Assembly (NCBI GenBank): GCA_007123105.1
Contig: SKNY01000013.1
Span: 1-54,465, forward strand
From: Salinarchaeum sp.
GTDB lineage: Archaea; Halobacteriota; Halobacteria; Halobacteriales; SKNY01
Direction: 5' to 3'
Length of the DNA stretch: 54,465 nt
Below, piece by piece: positions 28,999 to 39,315 of the stretch; within the stretch, counting starts at the first letter, position 1; every line of letters begins with the position of its first letter. The notes beneath the pieces are model-generated. The model searched no databases and was not told the origin of the DNA. It saw nothing but the letters and a program-made list of their open reading frames with translations. A program made the translations under genes and the position numbers.

Positions 28999-30852
28999 CT
29001 ACTCGTCGTCGACCTGTTCCCAATCCAGGTAGTAGCCGTCGGCCTGTTCGGGAATCAGGTCGGTGTTGGTGTTCGCCGGTTCGAAGCCAAACATCCCGTA
29101 GGCGATATCCTGCCAGCTCCAAATCCACCCCAACGAAAACGCCTGGAGTTCCCCGTCGTGCCCGCTCGCGATCAGATCCGCGAACTGCGCTTCGCGGATT
29201 TCGAACTCCATGCCGGAGCCAGCCAACTTGTCTCGTGTCAGCGCAGCGGCTTCTTGAAAGGTTGGATCGTCATAGGTCGTGATCTCGAGCTCATATGGAT
29301 CGTCCTCGTCGTACCCTGCCTCCGCGAGCACTTCGTTGGCGCTCGCGATGTCCGTCTCGTTCGGGCTGTACGGCCATTCGTCGACCCAGTCGTCGTACGA
29401 GATGACTTCTTCCGGCCAGAGATCGGGCGGGGTGAAGCTAAACGCGACCGTTCCCCTCCCTTCGAACACCAGGTCGACTAGCTCCTCGTGGTCGGTTGCA
29501 TACGCCACTGCTTGCCGGGCAGCCGTGATGGTTTGACCGCCGTTAAATGCAAAGTAGAACGTCGAGATGTCAGAAACCGCGACGTAGTTGACCTCGTCGC
29601 CGTTATCGAGCTCCGCGTACGTCCCGACTTCCCGTCCCATGTCATCTTCTTCGGCGTCGACCAGATCACGGTCGTAATGGGCGGTGGGAATGCCGAACGC
29701 GTCGGCGTTTCGTTCGTTGATGTACGTCCAGATTGCGTCGGCGTCTTCGAGGATGATCCAGTGGACGGCCTCCGGGATCGGCTGTCCCTCGTGATAATCC
29801 TCGAACCGAGTCACGGATACTTCGTCCCCCGGAGACCATGCGACGAACTCGAACGGACCCGTGCCGCGCATCGCTTCGCTCGATACTTCTTCTTGGCTGA
29901 CCTCGCCGTCGTAATCTTCGAGGTCGTCCACGTAGCCCTCCGGGACAGCGGCGAATGCATCGTACGACAGAATGTCGAGTGCGCCCGGCGTGGGATCGGT
30001 GAGCTCGATCTCAAACGTGTGGTCATCGATGACTTCGAATGCGATCGAATCGGGCACCACATTTGCCGGTCCGACGCCCTCGTCCTCGTCGGTTTCCGCA
30101 ACGAGACCGAGGTGGGTCGGACTAAGTAGGAAGCTTGCCCGGCGGCTTCCCGGCGATTCGGCCACTCGCCGCCAGGCATACTTGAAGTCGGCTGCAGTCA
30201 GCTCCTCGCCATCGTGGAACTGGACGCCTTCCTTGATGTGGAAGGTGTACGTCAACAAATCATCCGAAATCTCGACGTCGTCGGCGAGCTGGTTTTCGAG
30301 TTCGAGATTGCCGGCGGGATACGTGGTCAGACACTCATACACCTGACCGATCACTACGGAGGATGCGGTGTCCGTCGACTGGATCGGATCGAGCGTCGTG
30401 ACGGTCGAATTGATCACCTCGAAGACGTTTTCGTCCTTGTGCTCGTGACCGGTGTCGAGTTCTACGTTGTGGTATTGTTGGTGGTGTGAGCCGAGGGGGC
30501 CCATTTCCGGCATGTCGACCCACTCGTACGAAAACCGCTCACTCTTTCCGTGGAACAGCGGGAGCAGGATCATATCGTCGCGGATCGCCTCCTCCATCTC
30601 GACGTACGACTCGTTCCGGACGTCTTCGTCGTCGGGATGTGGATGCTCGACGACCCGATCCCACGCTGTTTGGGCTTTCTCGACGTTCGTCAGCCCGTCC
30701 GGATCGTCGTCATCATCGACCGAATCGTCATCTGCGGTATCGTCCGCAGTGATCTCGTCGTCATCGCCGAGACACCCGGCGGCACCGATGCTCGCCACGC
30801 CCCCGCTTGCGAGTAGAAACCGCCGCCGTGAAACAGTCTTCCGGTGTGGCAT
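28999..30852 (-). CDS. dppA: Family-5 solute-binding lipoprotein DppA (Tat-exported; apparently circularly permuted)
   Basis: SRRRFL Tat motif, AAGC lipobox, TLDP..STDTAS, YTF.IKEGV.FHDG, GTGPF. Confidence 0.92.
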   Translation of the reverse strand: MPHRKTVSRRRFLLASGGVASIGAAGCLGDDDEITADDTADDDSVDDDDDPDGLTNVEKAQTAWDRVVEHPHPDDEDVRNESYVEMEEAIRDDMILLPLFHGKSERFSYEWVDMPEMGPLGSHHQQYHNVELDTGHEHKDENVFEVINSTVTTLDPIQSTDTASSVVIGQVYECLTTYPAGNLELENQLADDVEISDDLLTYTFHIKEGVQFHDGEELTAADFKYAWRRVAESPGSRRASFLLSPTHLGLVAETDEDEGVGPANVVPDSIAFEVIDDHTFEIELTDPTPGALDILSYDAFAAVPEGYVDDLEDYDGEVSQEEVSSEAMRGTGPFEFVAWSPGDEVSVTRFEDYHEGQPIPEAVHWIILEDADAIWTYINERNADAFGIPTAHYDRDLVDAEEDDMGREVGTYAELDNGDEVNYVAVSDISTFYFAFNGGQTITAARQAVAYATDHEELVDLVFEGRGTVAFSFTPPDLWPEEVISYDDWVDEWPYSPNETDIASANEVLAEAGYDEDDPYELEITTYDDPTFQEAAALTRDKLAGSGMEFEIREAQFADLIASGHDGELQAFSLGWIWSWQDIAYGMFGFEPANTNTDLIPEQADGYYLDWEQVDDE

Positions 30853-30934
30853 AAGAACTAGCCGGTCCTTCAACAGTAAAAACATCATGGTGTTTTCCAT
30901 TTCGTACCGGATGTTACGGCTGCCATAATGTCAC

Positions 30935-31390
30935 TTATCGCGACTCCATTGCCCGGTGGACTCGCCACGTAATGAGCGTCTCGCCGGCGTAATTCACAAC
31001 GAATCCGCACCCGATCGCGATCGGCATCGTCACGACTGGCCAGACGTCTGTGCCACCGACCATAACACTCACCGGCAACCGCGTCAAGACGAACACCACG
31101 ATGACTTGAACGGCGATCCCGCCGCTCCGAACTACGTTCGACCGGAGCAACCGCGTCAGCCGATCGATCCATCTGGATCCGCCCGCTTGCCCGAACGTAT
31201 ACCGATCGTTGAGAAGAAACATCAGGATGATCGCACACTCGGCGCCGACGATCTTCGCGATCTCCGGACGTATCCCAATGTACAGATAGAGTGCGCTACT
31301 CACGGTAAGGTCGAGCATCGCTCCGACAAGGCCGACCGACGCAAATTGTACCAGCCGCCGACCGTCACGAAGCGCGCCGAGTCGGGTCAT
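30935..31390 (-). CDS. GtrA family membrane protein
   Basis: QFASVGLVGA..D, FLLNDRYTF, NY..E...TW; TGATG overlap with the upstream glycosyltransferase. Confidence 0.88.
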   Translation of the reverse strand: MTRLGALRDGRRLVQFASVGLVGAMLDLTVSSALYLYIGIRPEIAKIVGAECAIILMFLLNDRYTFGQAGGSRWIDRLTRLLRSNVVRSGGIAVQVIVVFVLTRLPVSVMVGGTDVWPVVTMPIAIGCGFVVNYAGETLITWRVHRAMESR

Positions 31391-32181
31391 CAACCCCTCC
31401 GCTCGCAACTAGCCCGACCATAGATCGAAGCACGCGTCACCAGCGGTGGCGTCGTCGGGAGGAATCCGTCGGCGATCGACACGATCAGAGAATCGCGGGT
31501 GTCGGCGCGAAGGCGGATGAAGCTCCGGCTAAACGCAAGCAATGCACCCGCCGTGTTTACCGTCGATCCCGGTCGATCCTCCCAGCTGATCGGTATTTCA
31601 ATGATCTCGGCACCCGCGGTCGCCGCCGCCACGAGGAACTCAATATCCCAGGCGAAGCCAGGAGTCACGAGCCTCATCCGAATGTCCTCCCAGAGTGTCG
31701 CATTGATCGCCTTGGCTCCGCACTGGTAATCGTATAACACGACTGGGAGGAGTCGGCGAGCTACCCGGACGAATCCGTCGCCGAGTCGTCGCCGAAGTCT
31801 GGATTGATGGACCGTAACGACGGCATCAGGGTGGCGACGCGATCCAACAGCCAGATCGGCACGACCGGTGCAAACCGGTTCAAGCACGGTTGCAAGTGCA
31901 GCTGGCGAGGTACTCCCGTCGGCGTCGGCGAACGCCAGAATATCAGCGTCCAGCGTCTCGAACCCCGCCGTGATGGCCGCACCCTTTCCCCGGCGGTGAT
32001 CGGCAACGCAACAGGTTGCGACAGATCGTTTGACCGCGCGGACGACATCCCGTGTCGGGACGTCGAGTTCAACGTGAATCTGGTCGGGTTCGAGCTCTCG
32101 TTGGATTCCCTCGATGAACGTGGCGAGCCGATCCGGCGACGGCCGATAGGCCGGAATGACGATGCCGACCGTCGCGTCCAT
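31390..32181 (-). CDS. GT2 glycosyltransferase (dolichyl-phosphate glycosyltransferase-like)
   Basis: IVIPAY, RRGKGAAITAGF, FADADG, GSRR, DYQCGAK, GFAWDIE. Confidence 0.88.
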   Translation of the reverse strand: MDATVGIVIPAYRPSPDRLATFIEGIQRELEPDQIHVELDVPTRDVVRAVKRSVATCCVADHRRGKGAAITAGFETLDADILAFADADGSTSPAALATVLEPVCTGRADLAVGSRRHPDAVVTVHQSRLRRRLGDGFVRVARRLLPVVLYDYQCGAKAINATLWEDIRMRLVTPGFAWDIEFLVAAATAGAEIIEIPISWEDRPGSTVNTAGALLAFSRSFIRLRADTRDSLIVSIADGFLPTTPPLVTRASIYGRASCERRG

Positions 32182-32224
32182 GGGATCGGTTTGACAGTGG
32201 GGAAAGTAACGGTGGCGTTCTCGC

Positions 32225-32470
32225 TCAGGAAACGACTGACACGGCGTCAGCGTCAGTCGCCTCGGTCTCTAAGAAGTGGGGAATGTACCGTTGGGTGTCA
32301 AAGATCTCCCGTTCGTCCTCGTCGCCGACGATACACCAGAGTTGGGGGCGGTTCGGTCCATGCCAGTCGCCGTTTCGGGTCACACTGAAACAGACGTACT
32401 CGGTATCGTCCACTGAGATCACATCGTCCTTTCGGACACCGGCATCCCCGATGATCAGCAACCGCTTCAT
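32225..32470 (-). CDS. Conserved haloarchaeal small protein (HAH_0734-like)
   Basis: [14 protein letters not shown]...[18 protein letters not shown]...YIPHFL; divergent from rpl44e. Confidence 0.8.
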   Translation of the reverse strand: MKRLLIIGDAGVRKDDVISVDDTEYVCFSVTRNGDWHGPNRPQLWCIVGDEDEREIFDTQRYIPHFLETEATDADAVSVVS

Positions 32471-32566
32471 AGTCGACCCGTTGGCCCACCCCATACTAAG
32501 CGCTTCGTCAGGGACCAAACGGGTTTTAACTGCGAGTCTCCCATTCACTCTCAAGAGACGATTCAC

Positions 32567-32851
32567 ATGCAAATCCCACGACGATTCAACACGTACTGCC
32601 CGCACTGTCACGCCCATCACGAACACGAAATCGAGACGGTCCGGCAAGGCCAGTCGTCCGGCATGAAGAAGGTAAACGACCGCCAACGGCGACGCCGCGG
32701 ATCGGGCATCGGGAACGCCGGGAAGTTCTCGAAGGTTCCGAGCGGTGAGAAACCCACGAAGAAGACGAACTTTAAATACCGGTGTACATCCTGTGGACGC
32801 GCCCACCTCCGAAAGGGCTGGCGGGCCGGCCGCGTCGAGTTTCAGGAGTGA
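32567..32851 (+). CDS. rpl44e: 50S ribosomal protein L44e
   Basis: [26 protein letters not shown]. Confidence 0.96.
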   Translation: MQIPRRFNTYCPHCHAHHEHEIETVRQGQSSGMKKVNDRQRRRRGSGIGNAGKFSKVPSGEKPTKKTNFKYRCTSCGRAHLRKGWRAGRVEFQE

Positions 32852-32854
32852 GCC

Positions 32855-33028
32855 ATGGCTGGAAGTTTCCTCCGCGTGCGCTGTCCGGATTGTGAGAACG
32901 AACAAGTCGTCTTTCAGAAGGCCGCCACAACGGTCTCGTGTGCGGTGTGTGGGACCGGGATTGCGGCTCCAACTGGCGGGAAGGCGACCATCCATGGCGA
33001 GGTCATCGAGCCGGTGGAACAACGATGA
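32855..33028 (+). CDS. rps27e: 30S ribosomal protein S27e
   Basis: Not in the ORF track: [44 protein letters not shown]...; stop overlaps the aIF2a ATG. Confidence 0.95.
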   Translation: MAGSFLRVRCPDCENEQVVFQKAATTVSCAVCGTGIAAPTGGKATIHGEVIEPVEQR

Positions 33029-33825
33029 AATACAGCGGCTGGCCGGAACCGGGACAGCTCGTTGTCGGGAAGGTCGAGGAGATCGAGGACTTCGGTGTTT
33101 TTGTCGATCTCGAGGAATACGAAGACAAACAGGGACTCGTCCACGTGAGCGAGGTCGCAAGCGGGTGGATCAAAAACATCCGTGATCATGTTCGAACGGG
33201 TCAAACCGCCGTTTGTAAGGTGCTCTCGGTCGACGAATCTGCCCAACAGATCGACCTCTCCATCAAGGACGTCAACGATCACCAACGCAAAGAAGCCATT
33301 CAACGGTGGAAGAACGAACAGAAGGCCGACAACTGGATGTCGATCGCCTTCGGCGAAGATCTCGAATCGGATCATTACCGACGCATCGCCGACGAGCTCG
33401 TTGCCGCATTCGGTGGCCTCTACGAGGCGTTCGAGCACGCGGCCATTCGAGGCGAAGAGGCGTTTGACGAGGTCGATCTTGCCGAGGAAGACATCGAGGC
33501 ACTGATCGAGACGGCCCGAGATAACGTCTCCGTACCGTTCGTCAGCGTGTCTGGATACATCGATCTCGAGAGCGGCGATCCGAACGGTGTCGATAACGTC
33601 AAGGATGCACTGCACGCAGCCGAAGGGAACGGCGAGGTCCCGGAGGATGTCGATCTCGAAGTGAGCTACGTTGGAGCACCCGAGTATCGCATCCGGGTCC
33701 AAGCGCCGAATTATAAAGTTGCAGAACGGGAGCTGGAGGCGAGTGCAGCGCGTGCAATCGATCACGTGGAATCGGTTGGCGGGGCCGGCGAGTTCCATCG
33801 AGAACGTCGGACGGAGGACGCCTGA
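33025..33825 (+). CDS. Translation initiation factor 2 alpha subunit (aIF2a)
   Basis: [16 protein letters not shown]1 domain, [26 protein letters not shown]. Confidence 0.95.
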   Translation: MKYSGWPEPGQLVVGKVEEIEDFGVFVDLEEYEDKQGLVHVSEVASGWIKNIRDHVRTGQTAVCKVLSVDESAQQIDLSIKDVNDHQRKEAIQRWKNEQKADNWMSIAFGEDLESDHYRRIADELVAAFGGLYEAFEHAAIRGEEAFDEVDLAEEDIEALIETARDNVSVPFVSVSGYIDLESGDPNGVDNVKDALHAAEGNGEVPEDVDLEVSYVGAPEYRIRVQAPNYKVAERELEASAARAIDHVESVGGAGEFHRERRTEDA

Positions 33826-33836
33826 TCGGACGAACG

Positions 33837-34019
33837 ATGGGACGAACGATCCGGATGTGTCTGACGTGGAACGCTCGACACGATCGACCGCAGTATACGC
33901 TGGGCCAAACGTGTCCCGCTTGTGGTGGCGAGACCCGTCCAGCTGCACCGGCATCGTTCAGTCCGGCGGATCCGTACGGCGAGTACCGCCGTGCGCTCAA
34001 GGACCGAGTCCATGACTGA
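33837..34019 (+). CDS. nop10: H/ACA RNP protein Nop10
   Basis: YTL...CPACG...APA.FSP.DPYGEYRR; conserved position after aIF2a. Confidence 0.9.
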   Translation: MGRTIRMCLTWNARHDRPQYTLGQTCPACGGETRPAAPASFSPADPYGEYRRALKDRVHD

Positions 34020-34785
34020 GTGGAGCACCGATGGCGTGTTCGTCGACACGCTTGCCTCACCCTCACTAACCGATCCCGTCATGATCGAGGGATTGCCCGG
34101 TGTCGGCAACGTTGGTGCACTCGTCGTCGAACACCTGTTAGAGGAACTGGAACCGACGTTGTGTGCCCGAATTACGTCTGAACACCTGCCGCCACAGGTG
34201 ATGATCGACGCGGATGGGCTGGCACAGCTTCCCAGTCTCGAGATCCACGCTGTATCCATCGAAGGTCGGGATCTGCTTTGTGTCAGCGGCGAACAGCAAG
34301 CGACCAATCCCGTTGGCCACTATCGACTCACGACCGCCGTCCTGGATATTGCTGCGTCCTTCGATGTATCCACGATCTATGCACTCGGAGGCGTCCCGAC
34401 TGGTGAACTATCTGCGGATCCGGCAATCGTCGGTGCCGTCTCCAATGAATCATTGCGCGAACCCGCTGAGGCGGTCGGCGTGGACTTTCGCGAGCGCGAG
34501 CCAAAAGGCGGTATTCTCGGCATCAGTGGTCTCCTCCTCGGGCTCGGGGGTGAACGCGGCTTTGACGTGACGTGTTTGATGGGTGAGACGAGTGGCTATC
34601 TTGTCGATCCAACGAGTGCGAGTGCCGTGCTTTCGGTGCTCGAAGCATGGATCGGATTCGACGTTAGCTACGACCGACTGGACGCCCGGGCCGAGGCGAT
34701 GAAACCCGTCGTCCAGCAGGTCCAGCAGCTTCAGGAGGGCGACGCCGAACCGGCCGGCGGCGATGATCTCCGGTATATTGACTGA
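34012..34785 (+). CDS. Proteasome assembly chaperone (PAC2 family)
   Basis: IEGLPGVGNVG, ALGGV.TG, CLMGETSGYLVDP, C-terminus LRYID. Confidence 0.9.
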   Translation: MTEWSTDGVFVDTLASPSLTDPVMIEGLPGVGNVGALVVEHLLEELEPTLCARITSEHLPPQVMIDADGLAQLPSLEIHAVSIEGRDLLCVSGEQQATNPVGHYRLTTAVLDIAASFDVSTIYALGGVPTGELSADPAIVGAVSNESLREPAEAVGVDFREREPKGGILGISGLLLGLGGERGFDVTCLMGETSGYLVDPTSASAVLSVLEAWIGFDVSYDRLDARAEAMKPVVQQVQQLQEGDAEPAGGDDLRYID

Positions 34786-34901
34786 ACACGATTCAGCGAC
34801 GCCGTTCAGACGGCACTCGGTTTCCCAAAAAATGTGTTCACCGATTCTCAATCGGCAGTGCTACCGATACCAACCGAGTAGAGATGAGAAGTCGTCTGCG
34901 G

Positions 34902-35258
34902 TTAGCGACCGAGCTTTTCCCGGGCGATTTTGACGCCCGATGGGGTGACGATGATCTGATCGTCGCCCTTCTGGACGATATCGCCGTTGACCTCCCTGGC
35001 CACCAATTGGAGCTCGTCGATGATGTGTTCGACAACGGAATCTTGTGTGCGGAGGCGAACGATGTCGGCGACGACCATATGGCCGTCGTAGACGGCGTCC
35101 TTGATCTCAATGACGTCCTGTTGGTCGTCGATCTCGGCGATGTACACCGTGACGCCGGCGGTTGCGGCGGGATCTTCAATGTCGTCAAGATCGAGTTCGA
35201 CGTATTCGTCCAGCCGGGCACCTCCTCGGTCCCCTAAGATCTTACTCATCAAGCCCAT
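34902..35258 (-). CDS. sepF: Cell division protein SepF
   Basis: MGLMSKILG amphipathic helix, IKDAVYDG, GDIVQKGDDQIIVTP. Confidence 0.92.
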   Translation of the reverse strand: MGLMSKILGDRGGARLDEYVELDLDDIEDPAATAGVTVYIAEIDDQQDVIEIKDAVYDGHMVVADIVRLRTQDSVVEHIIDELQLVAREVNGDIVQKGDDQIIVTPSGVKIAREKLGR

Positions 35259-35306
35259 ACCGAAATACCTCCCCTGGAAGCGGTAAAGCTCTTGCGTCAG
35301 ACGCGT

Positions 35307-35786
35307 TCAAGCGGTGACGTTATACAGTTCATCCCCAACGTGGTGGATCGACTCGATCACCTTTCCGTGTTCGCCAACCATTTCCTCGCCGCCCACCATC
35401 GCGATACCGATCGCGAGGATCTTACCGTGTGTCTCCTCTGCGATGAGCACTGGATCGCCGGTTGTGATTGTCTCGTCTGCCGCAACGATCCCTGGCCGCA
35501 TGACGTCCGCACCGTCGCTTACAAATGGGATGGCCCCGGCATCGACGGTGACGATCCCTCGGGTGGGATCGGTGGCATTGGCGCCGCGGACGGTGAGGAT
35601 CGGACCGACCTCTCCGTCAATGATCATCGGCTCCCCATCGACGAGAATCAGGCGTTCGTCACGATCGCCGAACTCGACGGACTCAAAGCTGTTGCCATCG
35701 AACGTGACGCCAAAGCGGCCCTCGATCTCCGAACGCAATCGCCGGACTGCGTCGTTCCGGAGGTGGTGTCGGGAGGTGATTTCCAT
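35307..35786 (-). CDS. PUA-domain RNA-binding protein
   Basis: SRHHLR, VDAGAIPFVSDGADVMRPGI, HHVGD. Confidence 0.9.
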   Translation of the reverse strand: MEITSRHHLRNDAVRRLRSEIEGRFGVTFDGNSFESVEFGDRDERLILVDGEPMIIDGEVGPILTVRGANATDPTRGIVTVDAGAIPFVSDGADVMRPGIVAADETITTGDPVLIAEETHGKILAIGIAMVGGEEMVGEHGKVIESIHHVGDELYNVTA

Positions 35787-35872
35787 ACGTGCCGATGGTG
35801 CCGGCGCGCGAATAAATCGACCGCTCCGGCCGCAGCCGCAGGGCTAAGTGCAGGCGGGCCGTGTGTGCCGGC

Positions 35873-36160
35873 ATGAAGCGCACGTGGCCCGACGACCGGT
35901 TGGTCACGTGTATCGCCTGTGGGGTCCGCATCTCCCGGTCGGACGCCCGCGAATACGATCGGTTCGGCGACCGGTGGGACCGCGCGAACAAGGAATTCGA
36001 GTATCTTTGCAAACGGTGCTTTGCCGATGAATGTCATTTTCCGCGAGACGACCTCGAATCCATTCTGATGACACTCGACGGTGATTCGACCTCTGTCGCC
36101 GGTTTCGTCCGAGCCTATTACCGAGCCGTTGCCAACCACGAGGACAATCCCAATCCTTGA
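35873..36160 (+). CDS. Small zinc-binding conserved protein (CxxC...CxxC)
   Basis: VTCIACG...AREYDRFGDRWDR..KEFEYLCKRC. Confidence 0.78.
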   Translation: MKRTWPDDRLVTCIACGVRISRSDAREYDRFGDRWDRANKEFEYLCKRCFADECHFPRDDLESILMTLDGDSTSVAGFVRAYYRAVANHEDNPNP

Positions 36161-36242
36161 TATCCATCGACGTCCGGTACGGCTATGCCGCCTGGGTCGG
36201 TAGAGCGGGTATGCGGGACTGGTTTCGCGGGGTTGTAGACCG

Positions 36243-37520
36243 ATGACGGACGGACAGGCGGCTGCCGGTACTGCTGCTGGTCAGGGTCCGGTCGAGATCG
36301 ATCAGGAACTGGCCGACCGACTTGCGGACCGCCGGGCACAGCTGTTCGAGAAGTTCGAGATCCCGGACGCCTTCCCGCAAGACGTGTTCGATGCGGCCAC
36401 AGAACGAACTGGCGACGTGGACGCTGACATCGCGACCGCGGTCGAGGAACGCCCCGACCTCAGAGAGCTCACGACCTGGACCACCGATCCGATTGACGCC
36501 CAGGACTTCGATGACGCGATTAGCGTTGAACGAACCGACGACGAGTACGTCCTTTGGGTCCATATTGCCGACGTCACTCACTACGTCGATCCGGACACGG
36601 CCGTCTGGGAGGAGGCTCGCCGACGCGGGAACACCGTTTACCTGCCCGCCTATACCGTTCACATGTTGCCGCCGATGCTGGCGGAGACCGTCTGCTCGCT
36701 CGTTCCCGAGGAAGATCGGTTGGCCCATACCGTCGAGATGCACCTCAATCCGGATACGTTGTCATACGAATCCATCGACATCTACAAATCCGTCATTCGG
36801 AGCGACGAGCGGCTTACCTACGGCGAGACCGAGGGCAGGATCGACGACCCTGACGCACCGTTACACGACGAGCTGGCGCTGGTGTGGGAACTCGCAGAGC
36901 GGATGCACCAACAACGCAAGGAGGACGGCAGCCTGGTTCTCAACCCCTCACGGGATCGTGCGCACACCATCGTCGAGGAGTGCATGCTGAAGGCGAATAA
37001 GGCAGTAACCCACGAACTCATGTGGAACCGTGGCCTCGAAGCCATGTATCGGGTCCACCCCCAGCCGACTCCCGACGAATGGGACAAAGCCCTTCGGGAG
37101 ATTCAGGAACTGGAAGGCGTCTCGATCCCCGGAGACAGTTGGGACGATCCCCGCAAGGCCGTCAATGCGACGCTCGAGGAAGCACCGGATCGTCAGCTCC
37201 CGAAGATCCAACGAGCGGTCATGAAGGTCATGCCCCGGGCGAGTTACATGAGCGATCCATTCGGTGGTCACCACGCGCTGAATTTCGAGATTTACGGTCA
37301 CTTTACGAGCCCCATCCGCCGGCTTTCCGATCTCGTCAACCACTGGATCGTCCACACCGACGACGTTCCCGATGGTCTCGCGAACCTCTGTTCGCACGCC
37401 TCTGAACGCCAGCAGGCGGCCGAACGGTGTGAACGCGAGTACAAAACGTTCCTCCGTGAAGTCGGCCTCGACCCCTATGCTGTCAACAATCGCGGGCTGT
37501 ACGTCCTCGAGGACGACTAA
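36243..37520 (+). CDS. rnr: RNase R / RNB-domain exoribonuclease
   Basis: TTDPIDAQDFDDAIS, VHIADV, HFTSPIRR; core RNB domain only, as is usual in haloarchaea. Confidence 0.92.
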   Translation: MTDGQAAAGTAAGQGPVEIDQELADRLADRRAQLFEKFEIPDAFPQDVFDAATERTGDVDADIATAVEERPDLRELTTWTTDPIDAQDFDDAISVERTDDEYVLWVHIADVTHYVDPDTAVWEEARRRGNTVYLPAYTVHMLPPMLAETVCSLVPEEDRLAHTVEMHLNPDTLSYESIDIYKSVIRSDERLTYGETEGRIDDPDAPLHDELALVWELAERMHQQRKEDGSLVLNPSRDRAHTIVEECMLKANKAVTHELMWNRGLEAMYRVHPQPTPDEWDKALREIQELEGVSIPGDSWDDPRKAVNATLEEAPDRQLPKIQRAVMKVMPRASYMSDPFGGHHALNFEIYGHFTSPIRRLSDLVNHWIVHTDDVPDGLANLCSHASERQQAAERCEREYKTFLREVGLDPYAVNNRGLYVLEDD

Positions 37521-38113
37521 CCATCGAGGTCGGCACGACCGCTGGTGGCACTCAAGATCCGATCTTTCAGGTCATCGTATTCTGCGGTCGGCACGACTGC
37601 GTCGAAGGTAACGGCAGCCTCATATGCGGCATCGAAAGCAATCGTTTCGCTCTCGAGGATCGACCGGACCGTCCCGGAATCGTCGTACGTGACGGTGATC
37701 GTAACGGGTTGATGTGGAACCCGTTCGACGACTTTTGTCGCCGCGATCGCCCCGGTGGTGGCGTCGGTGTACGATCGGACGAGCCCGCCGATGCCGAGGT
37801 TCGTTCCCCCGTAGTACCGAACTACCGTCACGACGACGTTTTCGAGGGATTGTCCCTCGATGACCGACAGTACTGGCGGCCCGGCCGATCCTCGCGGCTC
37901 GCCGTCATCGTTCGACCATTCGCGAAGTGGGTCGGCGCGAATGCGATAGGCCGCGACGACATGACTCGCATCCGGGTGGGCCGCCCGGACGGCGTCGATT
38001 GCCTGTTCTGCCGCCGGTACGGTCCGTGCCGGTTCGATCCGGCCGAGAAATTGCGACTTTCGTCGTTCGAAGGCGTGTTCTCCCGGTCTATCGACAGTAC
38101 GAAAGGACGCCAT
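37517..38113 (-). CDS. IMPACT/YigZ family protein
   Basis: KSQF, DASH, DDGEP.GSAG.P, VVRYYGGTNLGIGGLVRSY. Confidence 0.92.
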   Translation of the reverse strand: MASFRTVDRPGEHAFERRKSQFLGRIEPARTVPAAEQAIDAVRAAHPDASHVVAAYRIRADPLREWSNDDGEPRGSAGPPVLSVIEGQSLENVVVTVVRYYGGTNLGIGGLVRSYTDATTGAIAATKVVERVPHQPVTITVTYDDSGTVRSILESETIAFDAAYEAAVTFDAVVPTAEYDDLKDRILSATSGRADLDG

Positions 38114-38616
38114 CACGAGAGTTCGACCGATCGCACGAACGAAAGGTCGTGGATTTCCCGCAAGACGTCGCCGGGGACGGGCTCCTCGGTGATGACGTAC
38201 AGTCGGGGCTCGTCGGAGAACTCCGGATCGTCGCTGACCGCCTGTCGGATCGAGAGCCCCTCGTCAGCGAGAATGCCTGTAATCTCCGCGATGATGCCGG
38301 CCTCGTCGGCGTTTCTGACGGCAATCGTCACGACCGAAAGGTCGAGCACTGGGGCGAGGTCCATCAAGCTTGGGAGGTGTGAGATGTTCTGAAAGATGCG
38401 TCGCAGTTCCTCGTCGGCGAGGATGGCGTTAGTCGTCGAATCGACGACCCGCCGGTCGACGTCGATCTCCCTGGCGATCTGGGTGTTCGGAATCTCGATC
38501 CCACCAGAGACGACACGCCCCTCGTCGTTCACCGAGAATCCGCGTTCGAGAAGGAGCCGAATGACGGTCTGCTGGCTCGGGCTCCCCTCGAACTTCTCCA
38601 TGATCTCGTCGAACAT
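38113..38616 (-). CDS. ACT-domain amino-acid-binding regulator
   Basis: [30 protein letters not shown]-terminal ACT domain; TGATG overlaps on both sides. Confidence 0.88.
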   Translation of the reverse strand: MFDEIMEKFEGSPSQQTVIRLLLERGFSVNDEGRVVSGGIEIPNTQIAREIDVDRRVVDSTTNAILADEELRRIFQNISHLPSLMDLAPVLDLSVVTIAVRNADEAGIIAEITGILADEGLSIRQAVSDDPEFSDEPRLYVITEEPVPGDVLREIHDLSFVRSVELS

Positions 38617-39206
38617 CACTCGATGGAACCTTTCGTACTCGGTGCGTCGGCCCGACGGTCGTCGATCCGTGTCGCGTCGTCGAGGGCCCGTGCGAACGCC
38701 TTGAACAGTGCTTCGATTTCGTGGTGGGCGTTGTTTCCGGCTACTGTGGCGTGGACGGTCATCCCGGCGTGCATCGCGACGGACTCCCAGAAGTGTTCGG
38801 CGAGTTGTGCCGTGAATGCCCCGACCTGCTCTTGGGAGAACGAGCCGTTCCAGTGGTAGCCTGGTCGTCCACTGACGTCGACGACCACGGACGCGAGCGC
38901 TTCGTCGAGGGGAACGGATCGGTCTGCAAACCGGACGATGCCGGAACGATCGCCGAGGGCTTCGTCGAAGGCGGACCCGAGCACGATACCGACATCCTCG
39001 ACCGTGTGGTGTTCGTCGATCTCGAGGTCCCCCGCTGCCTGCACCGTGAGGTCGAACAACCCGTGGGCGGCGAGGCTCGTGAGCATGTGATCGAGAAAGC
39101 CGATCCCCGTATCGACCGACGCCGATCCGGACCCGTCGACGGCGAGTGTGAGTTCGATCGTCGTCTCCTCGGTCTCGCGGGTAACCCGTGCACGCCGATC
39201 ACTCAT
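38616..39206 (-). CDS. hisB: Imidazoleglycerol-phosphate dehydratase
   Basis: [35 protein letters not shown]. Confidence 0.96.
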   Translation of the reverse strand: MSDRRARVTRETEETTIELTLAVDGSGSASVDTGIGFLDHMLTSLAAHGLFDLTVQAAGDLEIDEHHTVEDVGIVLGSAFDEALGDRSGIVRFADRSVPLDEALASVVVDVSGRPGYHWNGSFSQEQVGAFTAQLAEHFWESVAMHAGMTVHATVAGNNAHHEIEALFKAFARALDDATRIDDRRADAPSTKGSIE

Positions 39207-39315
39207 GACGGGTCCATACCGCCGGGGGGTCATATCCGTGGCGGATATCGATACCAGCAACGTCCGCCGTCATCGTCGTGTATTTGGCCGCCCGTCGCAG
39301 TGGCGATGTCAAGCA

